From: a virus
Taxonomy: Duplodnaviria > Caudoviricetes
Direction: 5' to 3' (one strand)
DNA: 37,447 nucleotides
IMG/VR virus record: IMGVR_UViG_3300016474_000241
Coordinates: 1-37,447 of that record
In this document: one piece after another, positions 23,704 through 31,813 of the stretch
Layout of the letters: every line of letters starts with the position of its first letter
Numbering within the stretch: the stretch's first letter is position 1
Made by a program: the position numbers and the translations under genes
Notes under the pieces: generated by a model
Databases searched by the model: none
What the model was told of the DNA's origin: nothing
What the model saw: only the letters and a program-made list of their open reading frames with translations

Positions 23704-25646
23704 TGGATCAAGCAAAGATCACCAGCGACAGCGACTTCAAAGACAGCCCCACGGGGCTGGCGCAGCGCTGGCAAGTAGAAATCGAAGCGGCCGGCAAAGA
23801 GCTGGGCCCCTTCCACGCCAAAGCCAACAAGATCACGCAGCGCTACCTCGACAAGCGCGACGCCTACGGCCGCGACGAGAGCAAGGTCAACCTGTTTTGG
23901 TCCACGATGCAGGTGCTGCTGTCGATGCTGTACGCCCGCCCGCCCAAGGCCGACGTGAGCCGCAGCTGGCAGGACTACGACGACGACGTGGCCCGCGTGG
24001 CCGGCACGATGCTGCAGCGCATGCTCAACCGCAGCTTCGATGACAACGTCTCCCCGTGGGACGGCGCAGTGCGCCAGGGCATCGAAGACTGGCTGGTGGT
24101 GGGCCTGGGCCAGATCTGGCTGCGCTACGAGGTCGAAACCGAAGAGTACGAAGTGCCCGCGGTGTTTGACGAGTTCGGCCAAGAGCTCAGCCCCGCGCAG
24201 ATCGCCGAGCGCATCACCAACGAAGAGGCCCCCTGCGACTACATCTACTGGGAGGACTTTTTCTGGTCCCCCGCACGCACCTGGCATGAGGTGCGCTGGG
24301 TGGCGCGCCGCGTCTACATGACCAAGGACCAGCTCGCTGCCCGCTTTGGTGAAGAGATTGCCCGCATCGTCCCGCTGGCCGGCAACACCAAGCCCAAGGA
24401 CGTGAACGACCAGACCACGAAGTTCGACCCGTGGAGCAAAGCCGAGGTGTTCGAGATCTGGTGCAAAGAAAAGCGCAAGGTCTACTGGTACGCCAAGGGC
24501 TGCGACGTGATCCTGGACGTGAAAGACGACCCGCTGGGCCTTGATGGTTTCTTCCCGTGCCCCAAGCCCGTGGTGGCCAACGTCACCTCAAGCAACTTCA
24601 TGCCTCGCGCCGACTACCTATTCGCCGAGGACCAGTTCCAGGAGCTCGATGAGATCAACACGCGCATCACCTGGCTGACTCGCGCTGCCAAGGTGGTGGG
24701 CGTTTACGACAAGAGCGCCGAAGGCATCCAGCGCGTGTTCAACCAGGGCACCGAAAACCAGCTGATCCCGGTGGACAACTGGGCGATGTTTGCCGAGCGC
24801 GGCGGCATCAAGGGTCAGGTGGACTGGATCCCGATCGACCAGGTCGTCAACGCGATCGACCACCTGCGCCAGTACCGCCAGGACAAGGTGATGCAGATCT
24901 ACGAGGTGCTGGGCATCTCCGACATCATGCGCGGCAGTTCCAAGGCCAGCGAGACGGCCGCCGCGCAGCAGATCAAGGCGCAGTTCGGCAGCACCCGCAT
25001 TCAGCTCAAGCAGTTCTACATCGCCGAGTGGATCACTGGCGCGCTGCGCATCAAGGCCGAGATCATCTGCAAGCACTTCCAGCCCGAGACGATCATTCGC
25101 CGCAGCAACATCGAGCGCACCGCCGACGGCCCACTGGCCATGCAGGCCATTCAGCTCCTGAAAGACGAGGAACTCGCCGAGTACCGCATCAACATCGAGG
25201 CCGACAGCATGGCCGCGTTGGACTGGGCGGCCGAGCGCGACGCCGCCGTGCAGTTCATGCAGGGCCTGGGCGCGTTCATCAGCCAGGTGGCCCCGATGGC
25301 CCAGCAGGTGCCGGGTGCCGCACCGGTGCTGCTGTCGCTGCTGCAGTGGAGCGTGAGCAAGTTTCGCGTCAGCACCCAGATCGAGGGCGTGCTCGACCAA
25401 GCGATCGCCGGCCTCAAGCAGACGATGGGTGCACCCAAGCAGCCCGACCCGATGCAGCAAGCCATCGTGCAGGAGAAGCAGGCCGGCGCGGCCGAGCGCA
25501 TGGCCAAGGCCAAAGACACGCAGATGGACGCCATCGGCAAAGAGGCGCAGCTGCAGGCGCTGGGTGTCATGCAGCCGCAGTCCAACCTTCCCCCGGCCCA
25601 GCCGCAAATGCCGCCCGTGGGCAGCGGCATGCCCCCGATGCAGTGA
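23700..25646 (+). CDS. Portal protein
   Basis: ~648 aa directly after terL; GISDIMRG..ETA.AQQIK; Gln/Pro-rich tail typical of podovirus portals. Confidence 0.85.
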   Translation: MMDQAKITSDSDFKDSPTGLAQRWQVEIEAAGKELGPFHAKANKITQRYLDKRDAYGRDESKVNLFWSTMQVLLSMLYARPPKADVSRSWQDYDDDVARVAGTMLQRMLNRSFDDNVSPWDGAVRQGIEDWLVVGLGQIWLRYEVETEEYEVPAVFDEFGQELSPAQIAERITNEEAPCDYIYWEDFFWSPARTWHEVRWVARRVYMTKDQLAARFGEEIARIVPLAGNTKPKDVNDQTTKFDPWSKAEVFEIWCKEKRKVYWYAKGCDVILDVKDDPLGLDGFFPCPKPVVANVTSSNFMPRADYLFAEDQFQELDEINTRITWLTRAAKVVGVYDKSAEGIQRVFNQGTENQLIPVDNWAMFAERGGIKGQVDWIPIDQVVNAIDHLRQYRQDKVMQIYEVLGISDIMRGSSKASETAAAQQIKAQFGSTRIQLKQFYIAEWITGALRIKAEIICKHFQPETIIRRSNIERTADGPLAMQAIQLLKDEELAEYRINIEADSMAALDWAAERDAAVQFMQGLGAFISQVAPMAQQVPGAAPVLLSLLQWSVSKFRVSTQIEGVLDQAIAGLKQTMGAPKQPDPMQQAIVQEKQAGAAERMAKAKDTQMDAIGKEAQLQALGVMQPQSNLPPAQPQMPPVGSGMPPMQ

Positions 25647-25654
25647 GGTGACAC

Positions 25655-26017
25655 ATGAAAAAGGCTGAAGAGTTTGTGAGCCTGGTCCTGCTGGACCGCG
25701 ACACCGCGCACCTCGCGCACTGGAAGACCAAGAGCTACGCCGAGCACAAGGCGCTCAACACCTTCTACGACGAGCTGCTCGAGCTCATCGACGGGTTTGT
25801 CGAGCAGTACCAGGGCTACTACGGCGGCCGCATGGCCATCGAGCGCGCAGACAACGGCAAGAGCGAAGACATCCGCGAGGCCCTCGAGGACCGCGTCGAG
25901 TGGATCGAGATGTACCGATACCAGATCTGCGATGAGGATGAGACATCGCTGCAGAACACGATCGACGAGATCATCAGGCTTTACCAGAGCACCCAGTACA
26001 TGCTGACGTTGGAGTGA
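25655..26017 (+). CDS. DUF5856 / Dps-ferritin-like four-helix protein
   Basis: HLAHW.TKSYAEHKAL..FYD.L..L.D.FVE.YQG. Confidence 0.75.
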   Translation: MKKAEEFVSLVLLDRDTAHLAHWKTKSYAEHKALNTFYDELLELIDGFVEQYQGYYGGRMAIERADNGKSEDIREALEDRVEWIEMYRYQICDEDETSLQNTIDEIIRLYQSTQYMLTLE

Positions 26018-26021
26018 CGAA

Positions 26022-27317
26022 ATGGACGCTCAGTCTTTGATCGACGCACTGCGAGCTCGAGCAAAAAAGTTCGTCTCACTTGACACGCCCGGCGACCAAG
26101 ACCTGGCCGATGTGGCCACCGACATTGGTGCCGGATTTGTTCCCGGCGTGGGCACGGCGCTAAGCGCCCGCGACTTTGAGCGCGCCCGGCGCGAAGGTGA
26201 TGCGCTCGGCATGGGTCTTTCCGCGATAGGCATGGTGCCCGTCCTGGGCGGCGTCACGCGAGGCGTGAGCAAGGCCGCAAAAGAGGGCATGACCGCCGCC
26301 GAGAAGGCCTGGATGACCCGCATGGAAAAGGTGGCCCGCAATAAAGGCGTGCAACACCGCGAGGCTTTGCGCGAAGGTGGCGAGACTATCGTGGACGATC
26401 TGCACACTTTTGCGCCTCGCACCATCATTTCCCCCGAGGAGCTGCTGGGCAAGGTCGGTGTGCAGGTGCAGGGCGATCGCAGCCGGGCCGCCGCGCTGAT
26501 TCGCCAGCTCCGCGGCGTCCCGCTTGAGGAGGGCGTGCGCCTGGAGGGCGGCCCCGCCTACGCGCAGCTCAACAAAGAGCTGGGCACTGGGGCCGGCTGG
26601 GCCAGCATGAAGGGCGCTGCAGCAGGCAAGCAGAAGCAATTTGAGCGCGCTGCCGACGCGACCGGCCGCGAGCCAATTGGCGTTTACAGCGCAATGGGCC
26701 TGGACGGCGTGGACTTTGCCACCCCCGTGGCCGAGTCAATGATCAAGGCGCTGCGACTGCACCGCCCGAACAAAGCGGCCATCGTCGCGGCCGACAAGGA
26801 AATTCGCCGCCTCGCTCCCGAGTTTGTGGGGCTGCAGTCGCAGGACGCGCTGGCGCAAGCGCTTGGCAGGGGCGGCTTCCCGATGGAGGGTGCTGGCCAG
26901 CTGCGCAAGGCGATTGCCAACACGCTGAAGAAGGCCGAGTACCAGAACCAGGGCTTCCCGGTCTACGACGACATCATCCAGGCCGTGACGCAGCCCCAAC
27001 TGATGGACGTGCCGATCGGCGCATCTGGGTTCACGATGTTCCGCGCCAAGCCTGGATCCCCGCTGATCACGGGCGCGGACGTGAAGATGCCTCACGGGTC
27101 ATACGACAGCGTGATCCCCGGTGAATACATCGGGGGTCTTGAGCGCTCGATCCCTGCCGAGGTGATGTACCCCAAGACCTACGAAAAGCACCGGGCGCTT
27201 GGCCGCAATCCTGCGCAAACGCACCGTTCCATGCAGGTCAACAACTCGGACTACGAGGTGTTCGATCAGCAGTGGCTGGACGGAGTCATGAATTACCTGC
27301 GCCGGGGCGGTCAATGA
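26022..27317 (+). CDS. Hypothetical protein with N-terminal pre-toxin TG-like helical hairpin
   Basis: GAGFVPGVGTALSARD...LSAIGMVPVLGG followed by a ~300-aa domain of unknown function. Confidence 0.7.
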   Translation: MDAQSLIDALRARAKKFVSLDTPGDQDLADVATDIGAGFVPGVGTALSARDFERARREGDALGMGLSAIGMVPVLGGVTRGVSKAAKEGMTAAEKAWMTRMEKVARNKGVQHREALREGGETIVDDLHTFAPRTIISPEELLGKVGVQVQGDRSRAAALIRQLRGVPLEEGVRLEGGPAYAQLNKELGTGAGWASMKGAAAGKQKQFERAADATGREPIGVYSAMGLDGVDFATPVAESMIKALRLHRPNKAAIVAADKEIRRLAPEFVGLQSQDALAQALGRGGFPMEGAGQLRKAIANTLKKAEYQNQGFPVYDDIIQAVTQPQLMDVPIGASGFTMFRAKPGSPLITGADVKMPHGSYDSVIPGEYIGGLERSIPAEVMYPKTYEKHRALGRNPAQTHRSMQVNNSDYEVFDQQWLDGVMNYLRRGGQ

Positions 27318-27474
27318 GCGCCTGCAGATTGGTGGCCAACGCTTCCATGCGCTCGCGCACGTCGTTGGCGATGTCCATCTGCACCGCCTGCGGCAGCGCT
27401 GAGAATGCGTCCGCGAACTTGCACACCGTCTCGGCGGTGTCGGGATCGTATTGGACCTGAATGACTGTTTTCAT
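27286..27474 (-). CDS. Small antisense-strand gene within the late region (62 aa)
   Basis: Strong GAGGTG RBS; extended -10 TGaTAAACT upstream; 3' end overlaps the 26022 gene. Confidence 0.6.
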   Translation of the reverse strand: MKTVIQVQYDPDTAETVCKFADAFSALPQAVQMDIANDVRERMEALATNLQALIDRPGAGNS

Positions 27475-27488
27475 TGGATCACCTCAAT

Positions 27489-27505
27489 ATTGAGTTTATC
27501 ACAAC
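27489..27505. promoter_or_regulatory. 17-bp operator between divergent genes, abutting the ATG at 27506
   Basis: ATTGAGTTTATCACAAC; contains the minus-strand -10 element. Confidence 0.6.
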
Positions 27506-27832
27506 ATGACCAGACGCAGATTCATCCAGCGGCGCGAGCCGCCCTACGACCTGATCGAGATCACCGACGACTACCAGCCCGAGGTGCGCGCTGATTCTGG
27601 CGCGCTCTGGGGCGATCGTTCCTACGACGGCATGCGCGCCCCTGATGGCACCGACATCAGCACGCGCACAAAGCACCGCGAGTACATGAAGGCCGCGGGC
27701 GTGACCACGATGGACGATTTCAAAGATACCTGGGCGAAAGCCAAGGTCGAGCGCGAGCGGTATTACACCGAAGGCGGCTCATTTAAGCGTGCCGACATAG
27801 AGCGCGCCATTTATCAACTCCAGAACAGGTAA
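27506..27832 (+). CDS. Conserved head-region hypothetical protein
   Basis: DGT.IS.R.KHREYMK..GV; precedes the scaffold gene. Confidence 0.7.
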   Translation: MTRRRFIQRREPPYDLIEITDDYQPEVRADSGALWGDRSYDGMRAPDGTDISTRTKHREYMKAAGVTTMDDFKDTWAKAKVERERYYTEGGSFKRADIERAIYQLQNR

Positions 27833-27835
27833 ACC

Positions 27836-28990
27836 ATGAGCGAACCCACGACAACGATGCGCGATGCCCTTGAGGCCGCGTTTAAAGAGGCCGAAGAATC
27901 ACCGAAGGCCTCGGACCCCACCCCCGAGCCTGCACCGGCCGCGATCGACACAGATCCTGCGCCAGCTGATGCGCCTGCGGGCGACACGCCTCAGGCTGCT
28001 GACCAGGATCTGAACGCCCTGGCTGAAGATCAGCCCAAGGGTGGCCAGCCCCGCGACGAGAGCGGAAAGTTCAAGGCCAAAGAGCCCGCTGAGCCGCCCG
28101 CGCAAGAGCTGCAAGATCAAGGTATGCAACCGGGTCCGAAATCGGGCCCAAAGAACCACCCCGACCGGGCCCCGCAGGCCTGGCGTCCTGAGGTGCGCGA
28201 GCACTGGGCCCAGCTGCCCGAGCCTGTGCGCGCCGAGATCGCCCGGCGCGAGTCTGAGCACGCCCGCTTCATCCAGGAAAGCAGCGAGGCGCGCAAAACC
28301 ACCGAGGCCCTGATGAAGACCATCGCCCCCTACGAGGCCTTCATCCGCGCTGAGAACTCAAACCCCATACAGGCCATCGACAACCTGATGAGCACGGCTG
28401 CGCGCCTTCGCACTGGCACCGCGCCCGAGCTCGCCCAAATGATGGCCGGCCTGGTCAACCAGTTTGGCACCGGCCGCTTTGGCAACGGGTTCATCGAGAT
28501 GCTCGACAGCGCGCTCGCCGGCCAGGCCCCAAAGCAAGACCCGCAGCAGGCGGCCATCGAGCAGGTGCTTAACCAGCGCCTCGCGCCCGTGCAGCAGATG
28601 CTGACCCAGTTCCAGCAGGCCCAGCTCGCCCAGCAGCAGCAGGTGGCCAGCTCCGCGCAAAACGAGGTGTCGGACTTTCTGAGCCGCGCCGAGTTTGGCG
28701 AGGACGTGCGCGAGGACATGGCCGACCTGATGGAGGCCGCCACGCGCCGCGGGCAAACCCTAAGCCTGGCCGATGCCTACAAAAAGGCCTGCCTGATGAA
28801 CGACAACGTGCGGTCGGTGATTGCCCAGCGCGTGCGCGCCCAGGGCGCTCAGCAGGGCACCCAGGCCGCGCAGAAGGCGCGATCGGCCGCGGTGCAGGTT
28901 TCTGGCGCTGCACCGATGGGCGCGCTCAAGCAAGACCCCACCGACGTGCGCTCCGCGATCGAGGCTGCCATTGCGGCGTCCTCACGGTGA
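27836..28990 (+). CDS. Scaffolding protein (putative)
   Basis: Acidic, Pro/Ala/Gln-rich; PRDESGKF and APQAW..E....W..LP motifs; directly upstream of the capsid gene. Confidence 0.75.
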   Translation: MSEPTTTMRDALEAAFKEAEESPKASDPTPEPAPAAIDTDPAPADAPAGDTPQAADQDLNALAEDQPKGGQPRDESGKFKAKEPAEPPAQELQDQGMQPGPKSGPKNHPDRAPQAWRPEVREHWAQLPEPVRAEIARRESEHARFIQESSEARKTTEALMKTIAPYEAFIRAENSNPIQAIDNLMSTAARLRTGTAPELAQMMAGLVNQFGTGRFGNGFIEMLDSALAGQAPKQDPQQAAIEQVLNQRLAPVQQMLTQFQQAQLAQQQQVASSAQNEVSDFLSRAEFGEDVREDMADLMEAATRRGQTLSLADAYKKACLMNDNVRSVIAQRVRAQGAQQGTQAAQKARSAAVQVSGAAPMGALKQDPTDVRSAIEAAIAASSR

Positions 28991-28999
28991 TTGCATAAT
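28971..28999 (+). promoter_or_regulatory. Sigma70-like promoter for the capsid gene
   Basis: TTGCGG-17 bp-CATAAT. Confidence 0.55.
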
Positions 29000-29170
29000 C
29001 ACACCACCGGGCAGCGCAATCTGCCCGTGGTGTGCCCAAGCACCCCAGCCACCGCATGATTCCTTAGGAGACGCATCGGCGTCCCACCTACGGCAAAGAC
29101 GGACTGAGATCGGTTCGCGTAGGCGCATCTGAAACCAGACCAGGCGCAAGCCTTTTTTGCACTCAGATGA
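29000..29170 (+). ncRNA. Structured leader of the major capsid gene
   Basis: Consecutive stems at 29000-29034, 29070-29083, 29087-29123 and 29126-29169; the last encloses AGGC-GCAA-GCCT+T-run and ends at the RBS. Confidence 0.5.
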
Positions 29171-29180
29171 AGGAGTCATC

Positions 29181-30152
29181 ATGTCTTTTCCAAACGTAAG
29201 CGATATCGTCGCAACGACGATTCAGTCGCGCACCCGTCAGATCGCTGACAACGTCACCAAGAACAACGCTCTGCTGAGCCGCCTGAACCAGCGCGGCAAC
29301 GTCAAGACCATCAGCGGCGGTAACGTGATCTTTGAAGAACTGTCTTTCGCTGAAAACGCGAACGGCGGCTTCTACTCTGGTTACGACCTGCTGCCCGTGG
29401 CCGCTCAGGACGTGATCAGCGCTGCCGAGTACCAGATCAAGCAGTACGCCGTCCCGGTCGTGATGTCTGGCCTCGAAATGCTGCAGAACAGCGGCAAAGA
29501 GCAGTTCATCGACCTGTTGGAAGGCCGTCTGAACGTGGCCGAGGCCACGATGGTCAACCAGCTGGCTCAGTCGATCTACTCCGACGGCACCGGCTCTGGC
29601 GGTAAGGAAGTCACCGGCCTGAACGCCGCTGTGCCCTCTGACCCGACCACCGGCACCTACGGCGGCATCAACCGCGCAACCTGGACCTTCTGGCGTTCCA
29701 AGCTGTACGACTTCAGCGCCCAGACCGTGACCCCCTCGGCCACGACCATCCAGGCCGGCCTGAACGCTCTGTGGGCTCAGCTGGTCCGCGGCACCGATCG
29801 TCCCGACCTCATCGTTCTGGACAACAACTACTGGTCGTACTACATGGGCAGCCTGCAAGCGCAACAGCGCTTCACCTCGCCCGAGACTGGCAACCTGGGC
29901 TTCCCCACACTGAAGTTCATGGACGCCGACGTGGTGCTCGACGGTGGTATCGGCGGCTACTGCCCGGCTAACACCGGCTTCATGCTCAACAGCAAGTACA
30001 TCAAGTGGCGTCCCCACAAGGATCGCAACATGGTGCCGCTGAGCCCGAACCGCCGCTACGCCATCAACCAGGACGCTGAAGTTCAGATCCTGGCCTGGGC
30101 CGGCAACCTGACTACCTCTGGTGCTCAGTTCCAGGGCCGCATCCAGAACTAA
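29181..30152 (+). CDS. Major capsid protein
   Basis: 323 aa, strong codon bias, AAGGAG RBS, follows the scaffold; IYSDGT...GL..., YGGI.R....W patterns. Confidence 0.88.
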   Translation: MSFPNVSDIVATTIQSRTRQIADNVTKNNALLSRLNQRGNVKTISGGNVIFEELSFAENANGGFYSGYDLLPVAAQDVISAAEYQIKQYAVPVVMSGLEMLQNSGKEQFIDLLEGRLNVAEATMVNQLAQSIYSDGTGSGGKEVTGLNAAVPSDPTTGTYGGINRATWTFWRSKLYDFSAQTVTPSATTIQAGLNALWAQLVRGTDRPDLIVLDNNYWSYYMGSLQAQQRFTSPETGNLGFPTLKFMDADVVLDGGIGGYCPANTGFMLNSKYIKWRPHKDRNMVPLSPNRRYAINQDAEVQILAWAGNLTTSGAQFQGRIQN

Positions 30153-30164
30153 GTTTTGGTGGCC

Positions 30165-30220
30165 TGTCGTGGGTCAACCTTTCCCGAGGGGGTGGTTGAC
30201 CCACTCCCCTCGGGTTTTTT
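30165..30220 (+). terminator. Terminator with overlapping antiterminator after the capsid gene
   Basis: Terminator stem 30183-30214 + T6; mutually exclusive 11-bp stem GTGGGTCAACC (30169-30179)/GGTTGACCCAC (30194-30204). Confidence 0.75.
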
Positions 30221-30234
30221 GAAGGAGAAATGAA

Positions 30235-30420
30235 ATGGCAGCAACCTATGGTGCAGCAGTGTCTGCAAACGCTCCCGCCGTCGTTGACACCAACGCCTCG
30301 CAAGGCACTGGTGCAGTCAGCGAAGGCATCGGCCTGATCGGCGCTGACGGCGTCAGCATCGGCGGCTCCCGCATCGGTGGCGACCCCGGCACCGACCTCA
30401 AGTTTGAAACCAACCAATAA
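30235..30420 (+). CDS. Small virion protein (putative)
   Basis: AAGGAG RBS, 61 aa, Gly/Ala-rich. Confidence 0.65.
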   Translation: MAATYGAAVSANAPAVVDTNASQGTGAVSEGIGLIGADGVSIGGSRIGGDPGTDLKFETNQ

Positions 30421-30431
30421 AGAGAAAAAAG

Positions 30432-31049
30432 ATGATGCAACCCACGACACCCACTATTTTTGAAGAGCCCAGCGACTGGGCCAAGCCTGACGAGACGCGC
30501 TTTGCCGCGGACAACAAGCTGTACGTCGAGTTTTTCCGCAAGCCCGTCCTGCAGCCTGGCAAGAGCCGCGACGCCGGCCGCGCCGTGTACGAGGAGGTGG
30601 ACTACGTCCGCATCCATGTGCCTGGCGACAAGTCCTCGGTGATCGAGCGACCTGTCTCGCAGATGGACATCTTCCGATTCCAGGACCGCTACAACAAGTG
30701 GAAGGCTGGCCAGGAAGAGGCCGTGACCGGCACACCGCTGACCGCTTTGCCGGGCATGACACCGTCCAAGGTCGAGGAATACAAGTTCTTCAAGCTGGTG
30801 ACTGTCGAGCAGCTCGCCGAGGCCAACGACAACTTGGGCGCAAAGTTCATGTCCTTCCAGCAGGACAAACAGCGCGCCAAGGCTTTCCTCGAGGTGGCGA
30901 AGAACAACGCTCCCATCGAGCGCATGAACGAAGAGCTTGCCAAGCGTGACGCTGAGCTCGAGGAGTTGCGTGCAATGGTCACGACCCTCCAAGCCAACGC
31001 CAAGAGCAGCAAGCGCGCAGTCGCGGCCACAGCCGAGACGGCCGAGTAA
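30432..31049 (+). CDS. Conserved hypothetical protein, head-tail region
   Basis: 205 aa; GTPL..LP...TVEQLA; C-terminal coiled coil. Confidence 0.75.
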   Translation: MMQPTTPTIFEEPSDWAKPDETRFAADNKLYVEFFRKPVLQPGKSRDAGRAVYEEVDYVRIHVPGDKSSVIERPVSQMDIFRFQDRYNKWKAGQEEAVTGTPLTALPGMTPSKVEEYKFFKLVTVEQLAEANDNLGAKFMSFQQDKQRAKAFLEVAKNNAPIERMNEELAKRDAELEELRAMVTTLQANAKSSKRAVAATAETAE

Positions 31050-31061
31050 CAGGAGCAGGGG

Positions 31062-31811
31062 ATGGCCTTTCAAATTGTCAACGAGTCCACGCTATCGGCC
31101 ATTGTGCAAAACGTGGCCTCGATGGTGGCCTTCCCCGTGCCCTCCGACCCCGCCGGCGATCCTGACCCGACGGTGCAGCAGTTCGTGCAGGCCGCCAACA
31201 TGGCCGGCATCGAACTGCTGACCATGTACGACTGGCAGGAGCTGATCAAGAACTACGTCATCCCCATCCAGTCGGACTACAACCAGCAGCGCGAAAAAGG
31301 TTTCCCGCTACCCGAGGACTTCTTCGACTGGATTGACCAGACCAACTGGAACGCGACCACGCAGTTCCCGTCGCTGGGCCCGGTGTCGCCGCAGATGTGG
31401 CAGCAGCTGCTCATCCGCACGACGCTGCCTGTGCTGTCGTTTTACTGGCAGGTCCGCGACAACCTGATCTACGTCCTGGCTCCCCCGAATTCGCCACAGA
31501 CGATGAACGTCTTTTACCTGTCCCAAGCCTGGGTGCAGGACCAGGACGACCCGACGCTCTACAAGAACCGCATCACCAAGAACGGCGACAAGGCGCTGCT
31601 CGACCCCACGCTGATCACGCTGTACACCCGCGTGAAGTGGCTTGAGATGAAGGGCCTCGACACCGCAGCCGCCATGCGCGACTTCCAGATCGCGTTTGAA
31701 AACCGCAAGGGATCCGAAAAGGGCGCGCCAGTGCTCAGCATGGCCCGCGACTTCCGCTTCCCGTACATCCAGCCGCTGGTCAATACGCCTGATACTGGCT
31801 ATGGAGGTTGA
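31062..31811 (+). CDS. Head-tail adaptor / tail tubular protein A-like
   Basis: 249 aa; YDWQEL..LP.DF; position before the nozzle gene. Confidence 0.65.
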   Translation: MAFQIVNESTLSAIVQNVASMVAFPVPSDPAGDPDPTVQQFVQAANMAGIELLTMYDWQELIKNYVIPIQSDYNQQREKGFPLPEDFFDWIDQTNWNATTQFPSLGPVSPQMWQQLLIRTTLPVLSFYWQVRDNLIYVLAPPNSPQTMNVFYLSQAWVQDQDDPTLYKNRITKNGDKALLDPTLITLYTRVKWLEMKGLDTAAAMRDFQIAFENRKGSEKGAPVLSMARDFRFPYIQPLVNTPDTGYGG

Positions 31812-31813
31812 TC

